Shown here: positions 9,366 to 17,909 of the stretch, piece by piece
Position numbering within the stretch: the first letter of the stretch is position 1
Layout: the number at the start of each line of letters is the position of its first letter
Source of the DNA: Trueperaceae bacterium
GTDB taxonomy: Bacteria > Deinococcota > Deinococci > Deinococcales > Trueperaceae
DNA: 40,119 bases
Reading direction: 5' to 3'
NCBI GenBank assembly: GCA_035703635.1
Contig: DASSXV010000086.1
Coordinates: 1-40,119 of the forward strand
Notes under the pieces: model-generated
Seen by the model: the letters and a program-made list of their open reading frames with translations, nothing else
What the model was told of the DNA's origin: nothing
Database searches by the model: none
Position numbers and translations under genes: made by a program

Positions 9366-12356
9366 CTAGTCCTTGAACTCGAAGCGGGCGCCGATGGTTG
9401 CGTCGGCACTGAGCGTGATGGTGCAGGTGACGCCGTCGCAGGCGCCAGTGAAGCCGTCGAAGGTCGAGCCGAGCAACGCGACGGGCGCGAGGGTGATGGT
9501 CGTGCCGGCCTTAACCTCGATCTCGCACTCGTCGATGCAAGCGGCGCCGTTCGGGCTGGTTATCACTACCCCGAAGCCGCTGCCGGACAGTTCGAGCGTC
9601 AGGGTGTGCATCACGACCTCAGGGTCCACCGCGGGTGCGACGGTTACCGTCGTTTCGCGAATGACATCTGCGCCGCCCGTCCAGCTAGCCACGAGTTCGT
9701 AAGTCGTGGTTGCCGTTGGGTTGACGGCGTGGTTGCCGCTGGCCGGTAGGCCCGTTACGATTTCCGCGCTGTCCTTCACGCGCAGGGCGATGTTCGTTGC
9801 GGTGCCGGTGACGGTCCAGTTGAGCTGGGTGCTCTCGCCCACCGTGATGGCGGCTGGTGAAGCGCTGAAGCTGGTGATGAGGGGTGCAGGCGTGACGGCG
9901 ACGGTGACCTCGGCCACTACGTCGGAGCCGCCCGTCCAGCTAGCCACGAGTTCGTAAGTCGTGGTCGCCGTTGGACTAACGGTGAGACTGCCTGCGTCAG
10001 GGAGGCCCGCTTCAACCACGCTGCCGCCCTTCACGCGCACCGCGAGGCTGGTGGCACTGCCGGTGACGCTCCAACGGAGTTGCGTGGTTTGGCCGGCATT
10101 GATTGCAGCTGGGTCAGCGGCGAACGTTCCGATGACGGGCATCACGGGCGGCGCTGCCGGTCCGACACTGAACGTCACGGACTGCCCGGCGCTGAACTCG
10201 CGCTGCGAGATCACGCGACCGTTGTAGGCGAGGTCGGTCGAGCCGCTGCCAAGCGACGCTCCCGTGAAGAACACCGGCCCGGCGTTCGCGGCGGTGAGGG
10301 TCACCGTGTTCGTCATGCGGTCCCATACGCCGGTGACTCCGGTGGCTAGGAACTCGGTGCGGGCGCGCACGTAATCGCCGGAGGCGTCGTTCGTGTACGA
10401 GAGGAGCGGCTCGTTGGCCACCGCGGCGTACTTGGTGAACAAGGCTGCGGTCCAGTCGTAGAGCGTTGATCTGCCCGCCTCGTACTCGTAGAAGTTGGGG
10501 ATGTGGAAGTAGTGCGGGTACGGCGAGCCGGAGAGAAGATGGACCAGGGCGATGTCGGTATCGAGATCCAGGATCTCTTCGTAGCTGAGCGGCTGAGTCA
10601 GTCCGGGGATGGGCTCAGTGCCGCCCGGCCCGTACGTCATGTTGTAGGCCTGCGTAACGGCTTCAGGCGTGGTGACGGTGGCGAACAGGTTAGTCGGCCA
10701 CCGTGGCACTAGGAACACGGCAGCGTTTATCGGGTGCTCGATGCCGCAGGCCCAGCAGTCGGGCTCATGGCTTGGGGTCGACATGTTGGACGCCAGGTAG
10801 CTGCGGCCACTGTCGACCACGGCTTGCAGCAGGTATGGGCTCGAGTGATCGAGGCCGAAGTCGACCTTCGGGCCGGTGTCCGGCCCTCCCGGCGCGTACC
10901 AGCCGAGGCCGGAGATGTCGCCAGTAACGAGGCTACGTACCGAGTTGGTCGGGTCGAGGCCCATGGCGGTGGCGAGGTTGTCGCTATTGCTGATCTCGGT
11001 GATTATCTCGTCATAGTTCGGGCCAGGATCGGGCAGTTCAGGGATCCAGTCCATGTACTCATGGCTCCAGGTGTGGTTCACCCAGCGGAACTCGCCAGCC
11101 AAGCACCTCGTCATGCTCGAGAGGGTGTGAGACGAGGCGGGTAGCTCGCAGTCGATGATGCTGCTTGGCTCGGCGTTATCACCGTTGAACGCCATCGCCC
11201 AAGTGAAACCTGGGGCAATGCCGCCGCCTAGCGTGCGTAGGCCCTGTTGTTGGGCCACGAGGCTGTAGGCGTCCTGGGCATCCAATTCAAACTCGACGTC
11301 TTGGCTGATACCGCCAACTCCAACGTCCCAGAAGCCGGTCTTGCTGAACCAGTCGTCGACGTCGGCCTGATAGCTGGCGCGCCGCTCGCCGATGTGCACG
11401 CCACGCATCGCCCAACGCAAGAGCGAGGGCCCGATCTGTTGGGTGTAGATGGCTGGTGTGTTCGATGCGCCCCAGGCCGGGTTGTTGTACAGCATCGTCA
11501 CGCGCTCGCGCCCGTCGGTCTCGGTAAGCAAGGCGAGGATGTCGTCGCCAGCCATGAGCAGTGGAGTGGTGCCGGGCAGGGGGTCGCGGCTCGGGAATCC
11601 ATCGCTTCCGTACACGTCGATCTCGCTGCCAGCGGGAAGGTCGTTGAATACGGTCAGGCCAGCCGCCGTCGGCGTTATGACCGCAGAATCCAAATCGGAC
11701 GGCGTCCAACTGCCCACTCCGAGATCCTCAGGTGCACTGTAGGGCGCCCCGTAAAGCGTTGCCTGGCGCACCCCGTAGTCGCGCTCGTAGTTGAACAGGA
11801 GCTCCCACTCGCCTGAGTCCAGTGCGGACTCCCAAGCTGGGGCGTAGACGAGGTTGCTGGTGCTAAGCAGTATGGCCTGGTAGCGCCCGACCCCGTCACC
11901 ACGCACGAGCCTGTCGGGCGTGAGGGTCTCTTCTGACGCCACGAACCAGTCGTACGGCGTGCCCGTCTGCTCGAGCAGCGCTATCCAGGCGCCGGTGGAG
12001 GGCTCTATCTCCCCCGCGTTGTTGGTCGCTGAGATGAGCAGCGCCTTCATCTCGACTTTGTCGCCCACCCCGAGCGGCCTCAACCACGTTTGCGGTTCGC
12101 CCTCCGGAATGGTGCCGAGGTGGAGCGGAGCGGAGTAGAACGGACCGCGTGGGACAACAACCGAGGGATTCCACGGCTCAGTCGCGTGGGTTGGCGCTGG
12201 CACTTCCTTGCGCGCGTCTTCGGCTTTGGTGACTGCGGGGCTGGTGCTGCATGCAACGAGCACGGCGGCTAGCGCAATGAACGTTATGAGCATGCGTAGC
12301 GCCGCTACCGGCACTTGTCTGCGGTTGGGGTTCCGGCCCTGCTTCACGCGGCTCAC
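9366..12356 (-). CDS. Agd3-like (CE18) polysaccharide de-N-acetylase lipoprotein with C-terminal Ig-like repeats
   Basis: Lipobox AVLVAC; Agd3-type motifs YERDYGVRQ, DVDDWF, FRWVNHTWSH, LVPRWPTN and HYFH; two ~85-aa Ig-like repeats and a terminal B-repeat-like domain (FDGFTGAC.G.TC). GTGA overlap with the upstream gene. Confidence 0.8.
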   Translation of the reverse strand: MSRVKQGRNPNRRQVPVAALRMLITFIALAAVLVACSTSPAVTKAEDARKEVPAPTHATEPWNPSVVVPRGPFYSAPLHLGTIPEGEPQTWLRPLGVGDKVEMKALLISATNNAGEIEPSTGAWIALLEQTGTPYDWFVASEETLTPDRLVRGDGVGRYQAILLSTSNLVYAPAWESALDSGEWELLFNYERDYGVRQATLYGAPYSAPEDLGVGSWTPSDLDSAVITPTAAGLTVFNDLPAGSEIDVYGSDGFPSRDPLPGTTPLLMAGDDILALLTETDGRERVTMLYNNPAWGASNTPAIYTQQIGPSLLRWAMRGVHIGERRASYQADVDDWFSKTGFWDVGVGGISQDVEFELDAQDAYSLVAQQQGLRTLGGGIAPGFTWAMAFNGDNAEPSSIIDCELPASSHTLSSMTRCLAGEFRWVNHTWSHEYMDWIPELPDPGPNYDEIITEISNSDNLATAMGLDPTNSVRSLVTGDISGLGWYAPGGPDTGPKVDFGLDHSSPYLLQAVVDSGRSYLASNMSTPSHEPDCWACGIEHPINAAVFLVPRWPTNLFATVTTPEAVTQAYNMTYGPGGTEPIPGLTQPLSYEEILDLDTDIALVHLLSGSPYPHYFHIPNFYEYEAGRSTLYDWTAALFTKYAAVANEPLLSYTNDASGDYVRARTEFLATGVTGVWDRMTNTVTLTAANAGPVFFTGASLGSGSTDLAYNGRVISQREFSAGQSVTFSVGPAAPPVMPVIGTFAADPAAINAGQTTQLRWSVTGSATSLAVRVKGGSVVEAGLPDAGSLTVSPTATTTYELVASWTGGSDVVAEVTVAVTPAPLITSFSASPAAITVGESTQLNWTVTGTATNIALRVKDSAEIVTGLPASGNHAVNPTATTTYELVASWTGGADVIRETTVTVAPAVDPEVVMHTLTLELSGSGFGVVITSPNGAACIDECEIEVKAGTTITLAPVALLGSTFDGFTGACDGVTCTITLSADATIGARFEFKD
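9672..9974. repeat. Intragenic direct repeat from a tandem Ig-like domain duplication
   Basis: GCCGCCCGTCCAGCTAGCCACGAGTTCGTAAGTCGTGGT is identical at 9672-9710 and 9927-9965 and extends to 47/48 nt. The 255-nt period equals 85 codons (PTATTTYELVASWTGG twice). Confidence 0.95.
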
Positions 12357-13180
12357 GGCTCCGTTCCGAGGTTGACGAGGCGTAACGCGCCGACTACCAG
12401 AAGCGCCGAGCTGGCGCGCGCCTGGGTCGTGGTCAGGCGCCCGAGGGTGTCGAGTGAACCCGTGCCAAAGCCAGCGTTCGTGAGTTCGGCGCGCGTAGCC
12501 TCAGGGAAGCTGAAGGCACCGAGGGAGTCGTCAGCCACGCAAGAGAAGGCAACGGTGCCGTCTGAGCCGACGAGGATGATCGCCGAGTTGGCGCCGCCGG
12601 GCGTCCAGCCGAACCGCGTATTGACCGTGATGTTCGCGGCGTCGAACCCCTGCAACGTGGGCGTCTTGCCGGTGGCGACCGTCACGTTGTTGAACGCGGG
12701 GAAAGCGCCAGTGGCTGCTAGTTGCAGAGAAAGGCCGTCGGTCGGGAGCGGCGCAAGGGCCGCTGCTAGTGAGTAGCGACCGTCCGGGCCGCGCTCTAGC
12801 GAACCGTAATCCGTGGCGCCCGTAAGGAGCTGGATGGTGCCCGCTAACAACCGATTGCCGCTGGGCGCGCCGATCACGCTGCCGCCGGTAGGGGCCGCGG
12901 CAGCCGACACGTCACACGTGCCGACTTGCGCACCGAACGGGCTGCCCATCAGCTCCTCCGCGCGCTTAGTGGTGAGCTCAACGAAGGTCGCCTGACCAGC
13001 AGGCGCCCCGACCTCAGTGGCCTGGCTGAGGAGCACCAAGCCAACGCGGTCAACGGACGCCGGGTCCGGCTGCTGCTGCGGGCGGCAACCAACTAACGTG
13101 AGGGCGAGGAGCGCCAACGCCGCCGCGGCGCCACGAGAGGACTTGCGCAAGAGTGAGTACTTCGACCGATGACTCTTCAT
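12353..13180 (-). CDS. Hypothetical lipoprotein, first gene of the Pel/GAG-like operon
   Basis: Basic N-terminus plus lipobox LTLVGC, a beta-rich body, and GGAAGGA/GGAG RBS-like sequence upstream. Confidence 0.75.
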   Translation of the reverse strand: MKSHRSKYSLLRKSSRGAAAALALLALTLVGCRPQQQPDPASVDRVGLVLLSQATEVGAPAGQATFVELTTKRAEELMGSPFGAQVGTCDVSAAAAPTGGSVIGAPSGNRLLAGTIQLLTGATDYGSLERGPDGRYSLAAALAPLPTDGLSLQLAATGAFPAFNNVTVATGKTPTLQGFDAANITVNTRFGWTPGGANSAIILVGSDGTVAFSCVADDSLGAFSFPEATRAELTNAGFGTGSLDTLGRLTTTQARASSALLVVGALRLVNLGTEP

Positions 13181-13199
13181 CTACTCCGGTCCTTCCAGT

Positions 13200-13272
13200 C
13201 CCCGCTCGGTTGCGCTACTGGCTAGACGTGCTCCAAGCGCCCAAATTGGGAGCACGCTTCATCGCCTCGGGT
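13200..13272 (-). ncRNA. Cyclic di-GMP-II riboswitch aptamer (#2), leader of the Pel/GAG-like operon
   Basis: Minus strand reads CCCGAGGCGATGAAG CGTGCTCC CAATTTGGGCGCTT GGAGCACG TCTAGCCAGTAGCGCAACCGAGCGGGG. It has a perfect 8-bp inner stem, a pseudoknot GCGCT/AGCGC, a closing stem CCCG/CGGG and the conserved TGAAG, TTTGGGC and AGTAG.GCAACCG elements. It ends about 20 nt before the ATG. Confidence 0.9.
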
Positions 13273-13521
13273 TGTGAGGTTGGCCCCCCGTAACAATTGG
13301 GCCGGCTGTCTTGTTAGTGATCCTAGAGGCGAACCTCTTACAGGGCTCTTAACTCTGTGCGCTGGTGCCAGGTGCCTGGCACGGCTCGGGGGAAGCGGTC
13401 GTCTTGCCTTGTAACTACTTTGCCACAAGCGCCTGGCTAGAATCGACTTACGGTCGGGTAGCCTGGTCTTGGGCCAGCCTCGCACATCGAGCGAGCCCTA
13501 ACCTCGAGGAGGACAAGAACG

Positions 13522-15114
13522 ATGCTGAAACGTCTGACGATCCCGGTCCTGATCACGTTGCTCGTGGTTGCCTGTCAACCGAATCCAGCGCCCGTGAAGC
13601 TATCCATCAGCTCTCGCATGCCAGCCGCCAGTGCCGCTAACGTGCCAGTAGATAGTGTCGTGGCCGTTACCTTCAACGTCGCGATCAAACTTGCGACGCT
13701 AGATGACAACTTCACCCTCTCACAGGGCGACACGCCCGTGGACGGCACCGTTGTCTACGACCCGAGCACGCGCGTAGCAACCTTTACCCCAACCGCCCCG
13801 CTGCTCAACGACACGGTTTACACCGCGACGGTGGGCGCGGCCGTCGAGAGCCACCAGGGTGCGCGCCTAGGCGCGGACTCTAAGTGGTCGTTCACCACCG
13901 CAAGCGTCGTCATCGTGCCAAGCGTCACGAGCGTAACCATCGTGGGCGGCGACTTCTCCCTCCTCCCAGCTGAAACGGAAACCCTCCTCGTTGATGTCGT
14001 AGTCGTTGATGGCGCGGACGCTGCCGTCGAGTGGACCAGCAGCGACGACACCGTTGCCACCGTCGACGCCTCAGGCGTCGTGACCGCAGTGGCGCCTGGC
14101 GCTGCCACCATCACGGCGACCAGCACCTTCGACAACACCAAGTCGGACAGCGTGACCGCAACCGTCAACCCGTCCCCGGCCGTCACCGCGGTTGAGATCG
14201 ACCAGGCCACTCCCGCCACCACCGTCGGCGGCACCGTTACCCTCACGGCCACCGTTACGGCCGTCGGCGGCGCTGACGAGAGCGTTACCTGGGCGTCCGC
14301 CGCCGACGCCGTCGCCACCGTCGACGCGGCGAGTGGCGTCGTCACCGGCGTGGCCTCAGGCACCGTCACCATCACGGCCACCAGCACCTTCGACGCCAGC
14401 GTTTCCGACACGGTCGATGTGGTCGTTGCGGAGCCGTTGAGTTACACCGCTTCCGCCTACCCAACCACAGTCGGTGCCGCCACCATCGACAACGTCATCT
14501 CTATCCTTCCGCCTACTACCACCTCCGCTGGTCATGGCGCACTGTCATACGCCCTCACTGGCGGAGCACTGCCCCCAGCGTTCGTCGTCGACAACGGTGT
14601 GATGGCACCAGAGACCTATGAGATCGTCCTCGATGAGAATACGGGCGAGATCAGGGGCAGCACCGGCTGGCCGGGCGTCTTCACCGGCACCGTGACGGTC
14701 ACGGACGAGCTCGGACAGACCGCCGACCTGACCTTCTCGATCACCGGCGTGCTCGACTTCGAGGTCTACAACTCCGAAGGCACCGCCACCCAGTCCACTT
14801 TCCCGTACACCAGCACCACCGAGACCGTGGTTCCTGGAGACCGTATCCGTGTCAGCGGCGTTGACAACACCCTGTGGTTGCCAGCCGACTTCGCTTCGGG
14901 CCTCGCCTTCTCTCTCAACTTCACTAGCGTTGTGCCAGACGCAGGTGGAGCTCTCCCGGATGAGGCATTCCTGGTCAACGCTAGCGAGGGCGTCGTAAGC
15001 CTAGGCACCGCCCTGGACACTCAGTTGTGGTCTTACGGTCTGGTGCTCGATTACGACGGCGCCAGCGTCACCGTTCCGCTACTCTTCGAGGGCGAGAACT
15101 ACGTCGTCCCCTGA
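13522..15114 (+). CDS. Surface lipoprotein with Ig-like domains (SbsA/Big_5-like, two Big_2, further Ig-like domains)
   Basis: GAGGAGG RBS; lipobox LLVVAC; ATFTPTAPLL.DTVYTATV (Big_5-like); two W.S....VATVDA.GVVT.VA.G..TITATSTFD repeats (Big_2). Confidence 0.85.
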   Translation: MLKRLTIPVLITLLVVACQPNPAPVKLSISSRMPAASAANVPVDSVVAVTFNVAIKLATLDDNFTLSQGDTPVDGTVVYDPSTRVATFTPTAPLLNDTVYTATVGAAVESHQGARLGADSKWSFTTASVVIVPSVTSVTIVGGDFSLLPAETETLLVDVVVVDGADAAVEWTSSDDTVATVDASGVVTAVAPGAATITATSTFDNTKSDSVTATVNPSPAVTAVEIDQATPATTVGGTVTLTATVTAVGGADESVTWASAADAVATVDAASGVVTGVASGTVTITATSTFDASVSDTVDVVVAEPLSYTASAYPTTVGAATIDNVISILPPTTTSAGHGALSYALTGGALPPAFVVDNGVMAPETYEIVLDENTGEIRGSTGWPGVFTGTVTVTDELGQTADLTFSITGVLDFEVYNSEGTATQSTFPYTSTTETVVPGDRIRVSGVDNTLWLPADFASGLAFSLNFTSVVPDAGGALPDEAFLVNASEGVVSLGTALDTQLWSYGLVLDYDGASVTVPLLFEGENYVVP

Positions 15115-15123
15115 ATGACCCGG

Positions 15124-15158
15124 CCGGGGGCCACCCATGCAATTTGGGTGGCCCCCGG
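15124..15158 (+). terminator. GC-rich hairpin after the Ig-like gene (probable terminator)
   Basis: CCGGGGGCCACCCA-tgcaatt-TGGGTGGCCCCCGG forms a perfect 14-bp stem 9 nt after the stop codon, with no strong U-tract. Confidence 0.7.
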
Positions 15159-15297
15159 TACCTGACCACTAGCACTCGCTTCCTTGGGTTGATAATGCGT
15201 CAGTGCTGCCACGCGGTTGGCTTGGCGGCCGTGCGCCGCCGCTTGATACGCTCGGAGCGGTAGCATCTAAGGTAGTCCTAGTTAGGGAGCATGGCAC

Positions 15298-16914
15298 TTG
15301 AGTATTCCGCCGGCCGCTGGGCCGCAAGCACCGACTCGCACCGTACGGCTGTCAGACGCCCTGCGTTCCCTCAAGCGCGGCGCGCCTTTGGCGCTTGCCA
15401 CTGCGCTAGTAGCTTGCGTGGTTGCCTTCTTCGTCACGCAGCGCATGGAGCCCGTCTACCAAGCAGAGGCCGGACTGTTGGCCTCCCAGCCCCCAAGCTC
15501 GTTCGGGGCGGTCGACCTCATAACGCCGCCGCCCGTCGACCCGCGCGTATACCAACGCGTGCTCCTAGACAGCACGCTCATGCACGACGCCCTGCTGCGC
15601 CTAGACGGGGTTGACCGCGACGCGGCCGCCATGAAGGCTTTCCAGCGCAGAGTGCGCGTATCGGTCGAGAACCAAGACATATCTAGCGTCATCCATATCG
15701 AGGTCCGCGACTCGTCTCCCCAACGCGCCGCGGACTACGCCAACGCCCTCTCGAGCGCGCTGATCGACTGGGACCGTAACCGCGCGCGGGAGATGGTGGA
15801 TAACAGCATCGCGGCCATCGAGCGCTCCATCAGCGACATAGACGCCGAGATTGCAACGGCGGTAGCGGCAGGAGACGCCGCCAGTGCCCAGCGGCTACAG
15901 GCGTTGGGCGCTACCCAGCGCGAGCAACGCGTTCGCGAGCTAGAGTCTGCCCGCACGCGGAGCGCTTCGGCCGTGGTCGTCGGGTTGTTGGAACCCCTGA
16001 GCGTGGCGCAACCGCCAGCAGAGGCCATCGGTCCTCGTCTCGTCTTCAACGTCTTCGTGGCGCTCGTGCTCGGGCTCATATTCGGTTACGCCGTCCAGTT
16101 CCTCAGGTGGTCGGCAACCAACGCCGTGGCAAGCAGGCAGCAGCTAGAAGAGCTGACCGGGAAGCCGGTGTTGGCAGAGTTCCCGCGCCTACCGCACGGC
16201 GGGCATCGCCTGCCGCCTGACGCCGTCGGCTTCTTCCGAGCACGCATACTTCAAGCAGTGAGTAACAAGCGGCCAGCGGTGTTCGGCATCACTAGCGTGG
16301 ACACGTATGCGGAGAAGGCCGGCGTGGCCGTCTCTTTGGCTGATGGGCTTGCCCGCGGCGGCCTACGGACCCTTCTGATCGATGCCGATCTACGGCGCGA
16401 GGGGCCAGGGTTCGGCCTCGACCTAGGGCGCACCCAAACGCCCTCGCTAGACAGTTACCTCCAGGAGCCCAAGCGCGTCGTGCAGCCTGTTACGGTGTTC
16501 AGTGACGTGAATAACTCGTTCGACGTCCTTCCTACCCGCGCGCCAGTCAGGTACCCGAGCGAGATGCTCGCCTACGGCTTCGATGCGTTACTAGCCAACC
16601 TGCGCGAGGCGTACGACGCCATCGTCGTCGACCTGCCGCCTGCACTGGAGTACGCGGATACCCTGACGTCCGCCACGGCCTGCACGGGCGTCGTGATCGC
16701 GGTGGGTGTTGGCACTAACGCCGGGCACGTCACCGACGCCGTTAACCTACTCGAGGGCAGCCAGGTGCAACTGTTGGGCGCGGTTCTCACGGGCAACGGC
16801 GCGGTCAAGCGGGTACGTTCGGCGGGGGCCAGCGTGCGGGGGCGCACGGCTACCACGCCTCCACCAACCGACGCGCCCGCCCCAAAGGCCGTGGCGCGTG
16901 TCAAGAGCCGCTGA
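15298..16914 (+). CDS. Polysaccharide co-polymerase Wzz/Wzc-like with a degenerate BY-kinase domain
   Basis: N-terminal TM then PVYQAEA, a coiled-coil region, a second TM after PRLVFN, then LEELTGKPVLAEFP, LLIDADLRR and YDAIVVDLPP. Confidence 0.85.
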   Translation: MSIPPAAGPQAPTRTVRLSDALRSLKRGAPLALATALVACVVAFFVTQRMEPVYQAEAGLLASQPPSSFGAVDLITPPPVDPRVYQRVLLDSTLMHDALLRLDGVDRDAAAMKAFQRRVRVSVENQDISSVIHIEVRDSSPQRAADYANALSSALIDWDRNRAREMVDNSIAAIERSISDIDAEIATAVAAGDAASAQRLQALGATQREQRVRELESARTRSASAVVVGLLEPLSVAQPPAEAIGPRLVFNVFVALVLGLIFGYAVQFLRWSATNAVASRQQLEELTGKPVLAEFPRLPHGGHRLPPDAVGFFRARILQAVSNKRPAVFGITSVDTYAEKAGVAVSLADGLARGGLRTLLIDADLRREGPGFGLDLGRTQTPSLDSYLQEPKRVVQPVTVFSDVNNSFDVLPTRAPVRYPSEMLAYGFDALLANLREAYDAIVVDLPPALEYADTLTSATACTGVVIAVGVGTNAGHVTDAVNLLEGSQVQLLGAVLTGNGAVKRVRSAGASVRGRTATTPPPTDAPAPKAVARVKSR

Positions 16915-17905
16915 CGCCAAGCCACTAGCTGGAGCAAGCGGCGCGTTAGTCGTCTCCCTCGACTTCGAGCTCGCGTGGGGCGTCAGGGACATCTTCAGTC
17001 TCGACGGTCCCTACCGCGCGAACCTGCTTGGCGCAAGGGAGGCCGTCCCGCGCATCCTCGACCTGCTTGCCGAGTACGGCGTCGCGGCGACCTGGGCTAC
17101 GGTCGGTTTCCTCTTCGCTGAGTCGCGCGAAGAGCTGGAGCATTACTCCCCCAACCTGCGGCCGCGCTACGCCAGCAAGCACTTCGACCCCTACGCAGAC
17201 GCCCTCGGCGGCGGCGAAGCCGACGACCCACTGCGCTACGCGCCCTCCCTCATCGCCCAGATAGCAGCCACGCCGCGCCAGGAGATCGCCAGTCACACTT
17301 TCTCGCACTACTACTGCCTGGAGGCCGGCCAAAGCGCAGAAGAGTTCGCGGCCGACCTAGCCAGCGCCGTTGCCATCGCGAAAGCTCATGGCCACGTCCT
17401 TAAGTCGCTGGTCTTCCCGCGCAACCAACTACGCGCGGACTACCTGCCGCTGCTGGCGCGCACTGGGTTCACGGCATTCCGCGGCACAGAGTCAAACTTC
17501 CTCAACCGCCCGCGCCCCGGCGCCTCAGGCTCGACAGTCGTGAGGGGACTGCGGGCCGCGGACGTCTTCGTTAACCTGACCGGCTCCGGCGCGGTGCCAT
17601 GGTCGGCCGTCAAGCCGCTGGGGGGCGTAATCAACGTCCCGTCAAGCCGCTTCCTACGGCCGTGGCAACCTAACGGCAGCCTGGAGGCGCTTAGGTGGCG
17701 TCGGGTAGCTTCTTCCATGGAGGCGGCTGCGATGGGCGGAGCGCTCTTCCACCTGTGGTGGCACCCGCACAACTTCGGGGTGAACCTCGAGCAGAACCTG
17801 CACGCCCTTCGGCGGCACCTAGAGCTCTACGCGCGGCTGCGCGACAAGCACGGTTTCAGTAGCTACTCCATGGCGGAGGTGGCCGAGCTCGTACGGCCCA
17901 GCTAG
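16898..17905 (+). CDS. Polysaccharide deacetylase (CE4-like)
   Basis: Motifs VSLDFELAWG, ATWATVG, EIASHTFSHYY, VFPRN and HLWWHPHNFG. The probable GTG start at 16898 overlaps the end of the wzc-like gene. Confidence 0.85.
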   Translation: MSRAADAKPLAGASGALVVSLDFELAWGVRDIFSLDGPYRANLLGAREAVPRILDLLAEYGVAATWATVGFLFAESREELEHYSPNLRPRYASKHFDPYADALGGGEADDPLRYAPSLIAQIAATPRQEIASHTFSHYYCLEAGQSAEEFAADLASAVAIAKAHGHVLKSLVFPRNQLRADYLPLLARTGFTAFRGTESNFLNRPRPGASGSTVVRGLRAADVFVNLTGSGAVPWSAVKPLGGVINVPSSRFLRPWQPNGSLEALRWRRVASSMEAAAMGGALFHLWWHPHNFGVNLEQNLHALRRHLELYARLRDKHGFSSYSMAEVAELVRPS

Positions 17906-17909
17906 CGAG

